Shown here piece after piece: positions 38,895 through 47,730 of a stretch of DNA of 64,000 bases. Source of the stretch: an uncultured Methanosarcinales archaeon (lineage in GTDB: Archaea; Nanobdellota; Nanobdellia; Woesearchaeales; CAZYIM01); the NCBI GenBank assembly GCA_964647565.1, contig CAZYIM010000001.1:32001-96000 (forward strand). The letters run 5' to 3'. The first letter of the stretch is position 1. Each line of letters opens with the position of its first letter. The notes under the pieces are model-generated. The model did no database searches. It was not told the origin of the DNA and worked only from the letters and a program-made list of their open reading frames with translations. The position numbers and the translations under genes were made by a program.

Positions 38895-39256
38895 AACTAA
38901 AAAGTATTTATTTTTTTTTAATTTTTATTCTTTTAATAGTTGTAGTAGTTTTCCTTGTTAACCGCTCCAATGGCCCTGGCAAGTATGACACTTTTGCTCA
39001 GTGCCTAAGTGAAAAAGGAGCGGTTATGTATGGTACTGAAGCGTGTAAATACTGCCAGTCACAAAAAGAGGATTTTGGCAGATCATTTAAGCATATTAAT
39101 TATATTGGTTGCGATTATTCAAGAGAAGCTTGTTTAAGGGCTGACATCACGAACTATCCAACGTGGATTATCAATGAAACAAAACATACTGGAAGGCTAC
39201 CATTATACAACCTGGCATCATTATCAGGATGTGAGTTAGTAGAGGATCTAGAATGA
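38891..39256 (+). CDS. membrane-anchored thioredoxin-fold protein
   Basis: FAQCLSEKGAVMYG..CKYC..QK..FG...YPTW. Confidence 0.8.
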   Translation: MKLKSIYFFLIFILLIVVVVFLVNRSNGPGKYDTFAQCLSEKGAVMYGTEACKYCQSQKEDFGRSFKHINYIGCDYSREACLRADITNYPTWIINETKHTGRLPLYNLASLSGCELVEDLE

Positions 39257-39861
39257 AAAAAACATACAAACTGATCTTACTGGCCATGATTTTTGGCTTA
39301 TTAGCAGGCACCCTTGCATCCCTGATAGTATTTAAGATCACAACCTCAGAAAACAATTTAGCTAAAGACTATTATCGAACAGAAACTCTGCTGCATGTAA
39401 GTCCTCACCATTTAAGGAAAGCAATGGACAAGGGAGATAACAGTTTCATTCTTGTAGACTTAAGGAGTCCCGAAGAGTATGAGAATGAACATATTGTTGG
39501 TGCCATAAACATTCCAGCTTATAGGGATCCTGATACTTCAGCATATAGTGATGTTGAAAGAATAGTTAAGATGTTCGATGCTCTTCCAAAAGACAAGGAT
39601 ATCATTGTCTACTGTTACAGCATACCCTGTATGACAGGCCGAAAAATCGGCAAAATGTTGGCAGAGCACGGGATTCTTGTTCAACAGCTGGGAATCGGAT
39701 GGAATGAATGGAGATATTACTGGGATCTTTGGAATCATGAACATGAATGGAATGTTACTAATGTCAAAAATTATATCATAAATGGAACCGAACCCGGGAT
39801 TATTAAGCAAAACATTAATAAGACTGAAAGTTGTTCTATTAAAGGGGAATATGGTTGTTGA
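39253..39861 (+). CDS. membrane-anchored rhodanese-domain protein
   Basis: LVDLRSPEEYENEHIVGAINIP; IIVYCY; LGIGWNEW. Confidence 0.85.
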   Translation: MKKTYKLILLAMIFGLLAGTLASLIVFKITTSENNLAKDYYRTETLLHVSPHHLRKAMDKGDNSFILVDLRSPEEYENEHIVGAINIPAYRDPDTSAYSDVERIVKMFDALPKDKDIIVYCYSIPCMTGRKIGKMLAEHGILVQQLGIGWNEWRYYWDLWNHEHEWNVTNVKNYIINGTEPGIIKQNINKTESCSIKGEYGC

Positions 39862-39935
39862 GGGAAATAATCTAAGATTGTCTTTCAACTATGTAAAAAA
39901 TGGGCTATATTGAAAAGCAAAGAACCCTGATAAAT

Positions 39936-40499
39936 TTAATGAAACTGCCGGCATTTCTGGTCACAATTTATCTGTTTCTCATTGTCATAGTCAATGTTAA
40001 GCGGCAGGATCAGATCATTGGCTGAACTGATGACAATATTCATCTCCATGTCCTTGACCTTGGGATTGCCTCTAAGGTGACAGTTGACTATGCCTTCAAG
40101 ACGTTTTAGATTAGTCGCCATGAAAAAAAGGCAGAGATTGTACTTGCCAGACATGATAAGTGCATTGATGAAGAAAGGACAGTTCTTGAATTCGCTTATG
40201 GTTGCGGCTGTATCTGTAGAGTTGACCTCTATCTTGGCCAATCTAAGATCGACCTTCCTGAAATTGACTCCGCTAAGATTACATAATATGCCTTTTTTCC
40301 TTAATCTCTTCAGTCTAGCTCCAACAGATGGCTGCGAAAGCTTGATCTTCTTGGCTATCTCTTCCTGTGAGATATGGGGATCCTTTTGGATCATTGATAA
40401 GATGGTGTTATCCCTGTCATCCAGACCAAGCTTTTCGTTGAATTCCAGGTTTTTCTTGAACTTCTCAATTTTTTTGTAATTTTGTTCTCGTCGAGCCAT
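39936..40499 (-). CDS. Lrp/AsnC family regulator with extra cysteines
   Basis: LDDRDNTIL...SQEEIAKKIKLSQPSVGARLKRL HTH; SGKYNL; C-terminal CxxxC. Confidence 0.85.
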   Translation of the reverse strand: MARREQNYKKIEKFKKNLEFNEKLGLDDRDNTILSMIQKDPHISQEEIAKKIKLSQPSVGARLKRLRKKGILCNLSGVNFRKVDLRLAKIEVNSTDTAATISEFKNCPFFINALIMSGKYNLCLFFMATNLKRLEGIVNCHLRGNPKVKDMEMNIVISSANDLILPLNIDYDNEKQINCDQKCRQFH

Positions 40500-40634
40500 T
40501 TTACAATCATAGATAAATACTAACTAATATATAAATTTTTCCTTTGAAATATAAGTTAATATACGATATTCACATAAAATATAGCGGTTATATTTATATA
40601 TTTATATATTAAATATAGAAATTGGTGTTAAAAA

Positions 40635-40847
40635 ATGGCTGCAAAACAAAATATCATAAACAAGGATATGCTAATAGGTGACGTAATAAAGAAGCATCCT
40701 ATGCTTGTTGAGACCATGAGGGACCATGGCATGAACTGTGTTGGCTGTCATATTGCCAGTTGGGAAACCATTGAACAGGCAGCCGAGGGACACGGTATCA
40801 ATGTTAACAGGCTAGTGGATGAACTTAACAAGAACAGGAGTGAGTAA
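40635..40847 (+). CDS. DUF1858 domain protein
   Basis: INKDMLIGDVI..HP...GMNCVGC...ETIEQAA..HG. Confidence 0.85.
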   Translation: MAAKQNIINKDMLIGDVIKKHPMLVETMRDHGMNCVGCHIASWETIEQAAEGHGINVNRLVDELNKNRSE

Positions 40848-40848
40848 A

Positions 40849-40986
40849 ATGGAACAAGAAATCGTCTGCCAAAAAGGCCATTGCGAAGATGTCTATGATC
40901 CGAACACTGAAATAGAACATATTTCTGATCCTGACAACATTGTCGATCAGATCGAACAGGATCTGTTTTCCACGATGATCGGATGA
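40849..40986 (+). CDS. 45-aa acidic peptide with C-x3-HC motif
   Basis: MEQEIVCQKGHCEDVYDPNTEIEHISDPDNIVDQIEQDLFSTMIG; starts 1 nt after the DUF1858 stop, with GGAG upstream. Confidence 0.5.
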   Translation: MEQEIVCQKGHCEDVYDPNTEIEHISDPDNIVDQIEQDLFSTMIG

Positions 40987-41025
40987 ATAGCCCCCACGCG
41001 CCCCCGCGCCCTTGGCTATTCATCC
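40981..41025. other. 12-bp perfect stem with a C-rich loop
   Basis: GGATGAATAGCC-(21 nt)-GGCTATTCATCC. Confidence 0.75.
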
Positions 41026-41103
41026 TGATATTCCAAATCTAAAAATACAGTTAGTAAAAACTTACTAGTATTGTCTATAATACAAATCTGGGAGGTAAAG
41101 AGA

Positions 41104-41571
41104 ATGACATGGCTATCTGAAATAATGCTGAATGATCACTGCCAGATTGAACAGCTTCTAAACAGGCTAAGGGTCAGTATGGAAGTAGATGATGGAGATA
41201 AAGAAGAGAATTTCCAGAAATTCAAATGGGCTCTGGAAAAGCATTTTTTTATCGAGGAAAATGCAGTTTTAGATCTCTTCAAAAACCCACATATCGGAGT
41301 ATATCGAGAAATTTCAGGAATACTAAAGGATCATGACAGGATATTAAGGTTATTGAAGGAAAAGGAAAACCAATTTGAGGAAACAGGACAGTTTGAGATG
41401 TCAGACCTAATCAAGGTCTTGTTGAAGCACAAGCAATACGAAGATAAGCATATCTATCCCTTATTAGATACAAAACTCAGTCCTGAACTTAAAAATAAGA
41501 TAATCCACAGAATCGACAAAGAAAATAAACGTCAGCAATTCACAAAAATAAATAATCTGACAGGAGGTTAA
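41104..41571 (+). CDS. hemerythrin-like domain protein
   Basis: DH...HFFIEE...DH...HKQYEDKHIYP; GGAGG RBS. Confidence 0.85.
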   Translation: MTWLSEIMLNDHCQIEQLLNRLRVSMEVDDGDKEENFQKFKWALEKHFFIEENAVLDLFKNPHIGVYREISGILKDHDRILRLLKEKENQFEETGQFEMSDLIKVLLKHKQYEDKHIYPLLDTKLSPELKNKIIHRIDKENKRQQFTKINNLTGG

Positions 41572-41572
41572 A

Positions 41573-41716
41573 ATGTGTTATGCATGCAGTTCAGCTGAAA
41601 GCCAGTATAAGTCAAATGCTGTTTCAGAACTGGCTAGGAGTATATGGGCGGGCATGACCGTCATAGCAACGTATCATCGAGACGTTTCAATAGGTACAAG
41701 TATGTACAAGGGGTGA
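41573..41716 (+). CDS. 47-aa peptide starting MCYAC
   Basis: GGAGG RBS; fills the gap between the hemerythrin and STAS genes. Confidence 0.45.
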   Translation: MCYACSSAESQYKSNAVSELARSIWAGMTVIATYHRDVSIGTSMYKG

Positions 41717-41722
41717 GTTGAT

Positions 41723-42004
41723 ATGAAAAAAACAAGGATGGAGGATATTTTACCGGAATATGAAGGGGCCTGCAGTCCTAGAGTTGAAGCTTATGCAAGA
41801 AAAGATCCTGATGAACTGATCATCGATCTTAAGAACAAGAGATTCTTACCTGCAAGGGAGATAGGATACCTTATCGGAGTATATAAGAGGTTAGATCAAC
41901 ACGGAGGAGAAGTCAAGCTCGTCAATGTCAGCAGGCCAGTCGAGAAGGTGCTGAATATACTGAATCTTCAAGATAAACTAATATATAACCAGGAGGTAAG
42001 ATGA
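41723..42004 (+). CDS. STAS domain protein (anti-sigma antagonist-like fold)
   Basis: LIIDLKN..FL...IGYLI...GGEVKLVNVS..VEKVLNI. Confidence 0.75.
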   Translation: MKKTRMEDILPEYEGACSPRVEAYARKDPDELIIDLKNKRFLPAREIGYLIGVYKRLDQHGGEVKLVNVSRPVEKVLNILNLQDKLIYNQEVR

Positions 42005-42393
42005 TGGATGCAATCAAAAAACGGAATTTTGTCATCACTGGTATGAGCTGCGGACATTGTGAGCAGACTATCGAAGAGATACTTTCTGCCATTGATGGCG
42101 TAACAGAGGTTAATGCAAACAGCGGGTCAGGCGTAGTCAATATAGAGTATGATCTGGGCAAGACCAATTTCCAGGCTGTTGAGAATGCTATTGAGGAATC
42201 AAGCTACAAGCTCTCAAAAAAATTCTCAGAGAAGCAAAAGAGACAAGGGATTCATTTCACAGAGCAGCAGGAGTTTAATAAGATGAACCAATATGAAAAA
42301 AACTGCGGTGGTTACAGCTTCAATTTCTATTGTGGTGAACAAGATAGAAAGCTGACCAACCAGATCGATAAGGTTATGGAGAAACTAAATTAA
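42001..42393 (+). CDS. heavy-metal-associated domain protein with a C-terminal extension
   Basis: ITGMSCGHC motif. Confidence 0.85.
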   Translation: MMDAIKKRNFVITGMSCGHCEQTIEEILSAIDGVTEVNANSGSGVVNIEYDLGKTNFQAVENAIEESSYKLSKKFSEKQKRQGIHFTEQQEFNKMNQYEKNCGGYSFNFYCGEQDRKLTNQIDKVMEKLN

Positions 42394-42443
42394 ATAGATA
42401 AAATTTAAAAACATAGGTTACTAAACTCCAAGCAGGGGGTATT

Positions 42444-42944
42444 ATGATGAATGAGGAACTTGCTAATGCACTAAAGACTGCCTTGGAGTTTGAGGAGAAA
42501 GGGTACAAAATCTATGAACAGGCTTCTAAAAAAACCAACAATCCTATTGTTGCCAAGACCTTTGCATATCTGGCAGAACAGGAACTGAACCATATAAGCG
42601 AGATAGAAGGATTTCTGGACAACAATGAAATTGATCTTAAGGGCGACAAGCCTGAAGAGACCAAGAAATTCTTCATGATGACCACAGATGAATTCAAGGA
42701 GAAGACTGAGCTTTCTGATGATGACATCCAGGCTCATGAAACCGCAATGGAACTTGAAAAAATTGCATATGAATTCTACAAGAAAGAATTGGAAACTGTT
42801 GAGGATTATGATTTGAAACTGTTCTTCACATTCCTTATGGAACAGGAAAACGCTCATTTCATGCTCGTGCAAAAGGCTCTCGACTTTATCAAGGATCCTA
42901 TTGATTTTTTTGCACAGGAGGAGGAATGGATGTTTGAAGGTTAA
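42444..42944 (+). CDS. ferritin-like / rubrerythrin family protein
   Basis: ALEFE...FAYLAEQELNH; AMELE...FLMEQENAH diiron motifs. Confidence 0.88.
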   Translation: MMNEELANALKTALEFEEKGYKIYEQASKKTNNPIVAKTFAYLAEQELNHISEIEGFLDNNEIDLKGDKPEETKKFFMMTTDEFKEKTELSDDDIQAHETAMELEKIAYEFYKKELETVEDYDLKLFFTFLMEQENAHFMLVQKALDFIKDPIDFFAQEEEWMFEG

Positions 42945-42945
42945 A

Positions 42946-43665
42946 ATGACTGAACATACTGGCGAACTGGTGGAAATCAGGGATGAGACTCTGGATGTAA
43001 GGACATTCAGGATAAAACTAGATGATAAAGTTAATTTTATATCAGGCCAGTACTGCATGGTCTCGATTCCAGGTTCAAACGTAAGTGAGAAAAAACCTCT
43101 CACATTTGTAAATTCCCCCACAGAAAAAGGCTATGTCGAGCTGACTGTCAAGAAGATAGGCAAGTTCACGTCCTCACTTTTTGAGTTAAAGCCAGGAGAT
43201 GAATTAAAGATTGATGGTCCGATGGGAGAGAACTTGAATTTTGATGGGCATGTTAAGGAGGATGTTGTGTTCATTGCAGGAGGATCTGGCATAACCCCCT
43301 TCATCTCTAGCATAAGATATGCTGTTGCAAAAGGGCTTTCTAATCATATAATCTTGTTTTTCAGCAACAGGAGTGCAAAAGACATCATTTATAGTGCAGA
43401 ACTCCAGAGCATTAATAAAGACAATATAACAATCATCAATACATTATCAAATGAATGGCCAAAAGATTGGAAAGGTGAGACCGGCTGGATTGACAAGGCC
43501 ATGATCACGAAGTATGTTAAAAATCCTGAAAAAAAGATCTGGTATCTCTGCGGTCCGCCACCAATGGTCCATGCAATGCTTAGCCTTCTTCATGAGATGG
43601 GTATTTCTGATCAAAATATAAGAGTTGAACACTGGGAGATACCAGGAAAACAAAGGCAAGAGTGA
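42946..43665 (+). CDS. FAD/NAD(P)-binding ferredoxin-reductase-like oxidoreductase
   Basis: SGQY, GKFTS, DGPMG, FIAGGSGITP and YLCGPPPM motifs. Confidence 0.9.
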   Translation: MTEHTGELVEIRDETLDVRTFRIKLDDKVNFISGQYCMVSIPGSNVSEKKPLTFVNSPTEKGYVELTVKKIGKFTSSLFELKPGDELKIDGPMGENLNFDGHVKEDVVFIAGGSGITPFISSIRYAVAKGLSNHIILFFSNRSAKDIIYSAELQSINKDNITIINTLSNEWPKDWKGETGWIDKAMITKYVKNPEKKIWYLCGPPPMVHAMLSLLHEMGISDQNIRVEHWEIPGKQRQE

Positions 43666-43670
43666 ATAAA

Positions 43671-44189
43671 ATGGTAAAACTTTGGAGATGTAAGATTTGC
43701 GGAGATCCTTATATAGGAGACGAACCACCAAGCAAGTGCCCATTTTGCGGCGCTTATCAAAATTTTATAGTTGAAGCTAAAGACTATAAGGAGACTTTTG
43801 ATATTGAGCTGAATAAAAAAGATAAGGCCAATGCTACAAAAGCCCTCGAGGTAGAGATATCAAATGCACAGTTCTATTTCTGTGCTGCTGGAAAGACAGA
43901 TGATCCAGAAGGAAAACAGCTCTTCAAGGCTCTTGGCAAGGTTGAGGCAGAACATGCATCTATCTGGCGAAAGATCCTAAAACTGCCAAAAGAGTCCAGC
44001 CTTAAGTCTGAAGAATGTTCAACCAGCACTCACGACAACCTGGAGGAATCTCATGCAAGGGAAGATAGAGCCATAGAATTTTACAGGCAGGCTGCAAAAG
44101 AATCTAAGAACCTCAGGGTAAAGCAGATATTTATTGCCCTGGTGCAAATAGAAACAGATCATCTAGAGCTTTCAGAAGAGAGACTATAA
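43671..44189 (+). CDS. rubredoxin-like + ferritin-like protein (reverse rubrerythrin-like)
   Basis: WRCKICG...CPFCGA; VEAEH; IETDH. Confidence 0.88.
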   Translation: MVKLWRCKICGDPYIGDEPPSKCPFCGAYQNFIVEAKDYKETFDIELNKKDKANATKALEVEISNAQFYFCAAGKTDDPEGKQLFKALGKVEAEHASIWRKILKLPKESSLKSEECSTSTHDNLEESHAREDRAIEFYRQAAKESKNLRVKQIFIALVQIETDHLELSEERL

Positions 44190-44202
44190 GGAGGTAGTCA
44201 GA

Positions 44203-44430
44203 ATGACCAAGGTAAAAGTTTATTCAACACCGACTTGCCCATGGTGCAAAAAGGTGAAGGATTTCTTAAAAGAGAAAAATGTAGAGTTCGAGGATCTCAA
44301 TGTGGTGGAGAACCAGGATGCCAGAGCAGAGATGATCGACAAGTCAGGGCAGATGGGAGTTCCAGTACTTGATATTGGCGGCGAGATCATAGTTGGTTTT
44401 GACCAGGAAGCCATTGAGAAGCTTCTTTAA
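44203..44430 (+). CDS. glutaredoxin-like protein (NrdH/YruB)
   Basis: YSTPTCPWC; SGQMGVPV; IVGFD. Confidence 0.92.
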   Translation: MTKVKVYSTPTCPWCKKVKDFLKEKNVEFEDLNVVENQDARAEMIDKSGQMGVPVLDIGGEIIVGFDQEAIEKLL

Positions 44431-44431
44431 A

Positions 44432-45331
44432 ATGTACGACACAATTATCATCGGCGCAGGCATAGCTGGCTTGACTGCAGCTCTTTATGCAGCCAGGAAA
44501 AGGATGAAATATGAGATCATCTCTACTGATTTTGGTGGCCAGTTCATGGTCAGCGGGGATGTTTTGAACTATCCTGGCATTCCAAAGACCACTGGCGCGG
44601 ATTTTAGCGCAACTCTTGAAAAGCAGATGAAGTTAAACGATGTGCAGGTCAAGATAGAGACAGTCAAGGAAGTCAAGAAAGATGGCAATATCTTCAGGAT
44701 CATCACCAATAAGGCTGAATATGAAACCAAGACTGTTATTATTGCAACAGGTGCTATCCCAAGGAAGCTTAATGTGCCTGGCGAAGAGAGATTGGCCAGG
44801 AAAGGAGTTGCCTATTGCTCTATATGTGACGGACCATTGTTTTCTGGCATGAATGTTGCTATTGTCGGAGGCGGTGATGCTGCATTAGAAGCTGTTGATT
44901 TCATGAAGGACATTGCAGCCAAGATCTTCTTGATTGTCAGGGGAGACGAATTCACAGCCCATGAATACCTGCAGGAGGCTGTCATGAAATTGAAGAACCT
45001 CGAAGTGATCTATAACGCCAGCACAAAGGACGTTCTTGGGAAAAAGTTTGTCACAGGCCTTAAGTATGAGCAGGATGGTAAAGAGAAAGAGCTTGCTCTG
45101 CAGGGTGTGATCATTGAGATTGGAAGAGTACCCAACACAGAAATCTTCAAGGACTTGGTTAAACTGGACGATCATAAACATATCCAGATTGACTGCAGGA
45201 CCTATACATCTGTAGAGGGCGTCTTTGCAGCAGGCGACTGCGCCTCAGGCCACGAATACCAGTATGTGATTGCTGCGGGACAGGGCTGTATGGCTCTGAT
45301 AAAAGCAGCGAGGTATCTGGCAGGAAAATGA
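44432..45331 (+). CDS. trxB: thioredoxin reductase / AhpF-like disulfide reductase
   Basis: IIGAGIAG, IATGA, YCSICDG, VGGGDAA and GVFAAGD motifs. Confidence 0.9.
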   Translation: MYDTIIIGAGIAGLTAALYAARKRMKYEIISTDFGGQFMVSGDVLNYPGIPKTTGADFSATLEKQMKLNDVQVKIETVKEVKKDGNIFRIITNKAEYETKTVIIATGAIPRKLNVPGEERLARKGVAYCSICDGPLFSGMNVAIVGGGDAALEAVDFMKDIAAKIFLIVRGDEFTAHEYLQEAVMKLKNLEVIYNASTKDVLGKKFVTGLKYEQDGKEKELALQGVIIEIGRVPNTEIFKDLVKLDDHKHIQIDCRTYTSVEGVFAAGDCASGHEYQYVIAAGQGCMALIKAARYLAGK

Positions 45332-45588
45332 ACAGATCAATACTAAACTATATCATAGATGTGGGATTGGCAATCACCTTTCTTATTTCAGCTGTCACAG
45401 GCATCATCAAGTTCCCTGAGCTGACTAAGTATTTTAGGGCAGTATACTTAACGATCCCAGCAAGGACCCTTAACTTTTTGCATGACTGGTCAGGTATTGT
45501 GATGACCGCGTTGGTTTTGGTACATATCATTCTTCACTGGAAATGGATAGTTGCCATGACCAAGAAGATATTTGGGAAGAAGAAATAG
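45328..45588 (+). CDS. DUF4405 membrane protein (cytochrome b-like His pattern)
   Basis: TGII; LHDWSG...LVHIILHWKWI. Confidence 0.8.
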   Translation: MNRSILNYIIDVGLAITFLISAVTGIIKFPELTKYFRAVYLTIPARTLNFLHDWSGIVMTALVLVHIILHWKWIVAMTKKIFGKKK

Positions 45589-45598
45589 GTGTTCAACA

Positions 45599-46459
45599 AT
45601 GAAAAATCTCATATATATTTTAATTAGTCTGGCACTGATCATAGCTGGCTGTACCTCTGGGCCTGCAAATGATACAACAGGTTCGCCAAAGGGAAGCATC
45701 ATGATAGAGAAGATCGGCAGCTTTGATTTCAATGTTTCAGATATAAAGACCATACGGCCGGATATATTTGTAGATGGGCAGTTCTCTGTCTTTGATATCC
45801 TTGCTCATCTTGATGATCAGGGGCTAATCGATATGGAATATGAATTTGATCAGACCATGAACACCCACGTCATTGAATCCATCAATGGAGAATCAGATTG
45901 GTGGCATATGGTATATTATGACGGCGGCTGGCCAGAGAACAATGTTTTTAGGATGGACCACTATCCTTACAAGCAGAAGATGTACATAAGGGTGATGAAA
46001 GAGGACAAGCCTATGCTGGATGAGATGTACGACATCTTCAGCAAGGAAGTGATGCGAAAGGAACAGAACAATGAAAAAGTAATAATCCCTGAAGTAATCA
46101 TCAAGGGTCCAAAGACCAATATCCGGCTTAATAATGTTGAAGTTGAAGCCCATGATTTGAGAAATGACACATTCCAAAAAGGCGTGATAACTGCTATTGA
46201 TGTCATCATGAGCCTCCAGGACCAAAAGGAACTTAGTTATGATCTTCAATGGTATGAATCTATTGGCAGTGCCAGGATTGTCAAGAGCTATTGGGTGGAA
46301 AGGATCAACGAGGATCAGGCGCATGGCAGGTGCGGCTTTGTCTATGAAGCAGGATCAAAGCAGTACTCTGGATTCAGGGGCAACCACATTCACTTGCCAT
46401 CAGATTCAAGAGTGCTCAACTCACCAGAATATGTCGAATTTTTTTGGATATGCTTATAA
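45599..46459 (+). CDS. lipoprotein with two internally repeated domains
   Basis: IIAGC lipobox; SVFDIL...VIESING compared with TAIDVI...WVERINE. Confidence 0.7.
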   Translation: MKNLIYILISLALIIAGCTSGPANDTTGSPKGSIMIEKIGSFDFNVSDIKTIRPDIFVDGQFSVFDILAHLDDQGLIDMEYEFDQTMNTHVIESINGESDWWHMVYYDGGWPENNVFRMDHYPYKQKMYIRVMKEDKPMLDEMYDIFSKEVMRKEQNNEKVIIPEVIIKGPKTNIRLNNVEVEAHDLRNDTFQKGVITAIDVIMSLQDQKELSYDLQWYESIGSARIVKSYWVERINEDQAHGRCGFVYEAGSKQYSGFRGNHIHLPSDSRVLNSPEYVEFFWICL

Positions 46460-46530
46460 AAAAAACGAGGTACTGAGAAATCAAAATAGGTTTGGTACTA
46501 CAAGAATCAAAGATTAGTGAGGTAAATAAA

Positions 46531-46908
46531 ATGGAAAAGAACGATGTATACAAATGTAATTTGTGTGGAAATATTGTTGAACTAGCGCATGTCGGAGGCG
46601 GACAACTGGTCTGCTGCGGACAGCCCATGGAGGCTTTGGAAGAGAAGACCTCTGAATTAGAAGGCAATGAAAAACACGTCCCTGTGGTTGAAAAGACAGA
46701 GAAGGGAGTGCTTGTAAAGGTCGGCTCTGTTGCTCATCCAATGGAAGACGATCATTTCATAGAGTTCATTGAACTGATTGTAGGGGATAGGGTGCTAAGA
46801 AAATATCTCAAGCCAGGCGATGCTCCAGAAGCACTTTTCTGTGTTTGTTCAGAAAGCGAGATGACTGCCAGAGAATATTGCACCAAGCACGGTTTATGGA
46901 AGAGTTAG
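46531..46908 (+). CDS. dfx: desulfoferrodoxin / superoxide reductase
   Basis: [10 protein letters not shown]...[20 protein letters not shown] and YCTKHGLW motifs. Confidence 0.95.
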   Translation: MEKNDVYKCNLCGNIVELAHVGGGQLVCCGQPMEALEEKTSELEGNEKHVPVVEKTEKGVLVKVGSVAHPMEDDHFIEFIELIVGDRVLRKYLKPGDAPEALFCVCSESEMTAREYCTKHGLWKS

Positions 46909-46913
46909 TTTTT

Positions 46914-47657
46914 TTATTTTATTTCTATCTCTGTAAAAAGAGGATAGTGATCTGAGAACAAGGGCTTTTTTATCACTCTGCTCTTGATTGTTACCCTGTC
47001 AGATGAATTTATATTGGCAAGGATATAATCTATCTTATCATCTGTCTTTGATGAAAGATTAGATGTCTGGGTTGCATATTTATTTGATAAGGAGTAAGTA
47101 TTTTCATTATTAAGATCTGGTTCAAAAAGCACGTTGTTCCTTAAGAAAAGATCATAGGACAAATTTAGATCTCCTGCAAGGATTGAATTATTACCACGAC
47201 ATAACATGGATAATAGCCTGAATTGGCTGAGTGTAATTTTAAGCTCATTCGGTTGATTAGCTGAGTAAAGATGGGTATTGAGAATCAATAGTGTGCTGTC
47301 GCCAAATGGAATCTCTGTCATCAAGAATCCCTTTTTAGCCAGTCGCTCGACAAGATTGTATTTTTCAGTGATTCCGAAAAAATGGAATTCAAACAGATAG
47401 GGTCTTTCCTTAGTGAATATCACAAGGCCAGGAGCATTGATGAACCTTTTTGGGAAGGCAGAGACATAATAATCACCCAAGCTTCGATGAAGCCGTTTTA
47501 TATATTTGCTTAAGAAGACCTCCTGAAGGGTTATTATATCAGGCTGAAGCTCCTTGACCATCTTGATAAATCGCGCAAATCTTTTTTTCTGGTCTCTTGC
47601 AAACGGTTTTGGAAGAAGCCATAGATTAAGATTTAAAATAGTAATCTTTTTACTCAT
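46914..47657 (-). CDS. endonuclease/exonuclease/phosphatase family protein
   Basis: NLN, DIITLQEV, NTHL, AGDLN, IDYI and SDHYP motifs. Confidence 0.9.
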   Translation of the reverse strand: MSKKITILNLNLWLLPKPFARDQKKRFARFIKMVKELQPDIITLQEVFLSKYIKRLHRSLGDYYVSAFPKRFINAPGLVIFTKERPYLFEFHFFGITEKYNLVERLAKKGFLMTEIPFGDSTLLILNTHLYSANQPNELKITLSQFRLLSMLCRGNNSILAGDLNLSYDLFLRNNVLFEPDLNNENTYSLSNKYATQTSNLSSKTDDKIDYILANINSSDRVTIKSRVIKKPLFSDHYPLFTEIEIK

Positions 47658-47730
47658 ACAACCACCGGATTTAATTTATGAACAACCTTTTGTGATAATA
47701 AATTGAAAATAGTATATTAATCTATTGGTT

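Noticed and set aside
40991..41011. G-quadruplex on the minus strand of the C-rich loop
   Set aside because: Only three runs of three or more G, so it is not a canonical four-tract motif.
41714..41716. TGA between the MCYAC micro-ORF and the in-frame STAS ORF as selenocysteine/readthrough
   Set aside because: The TGA is part of the GGTGA ribosome-binding site of the STAS gene and is not at a redox-motif position.
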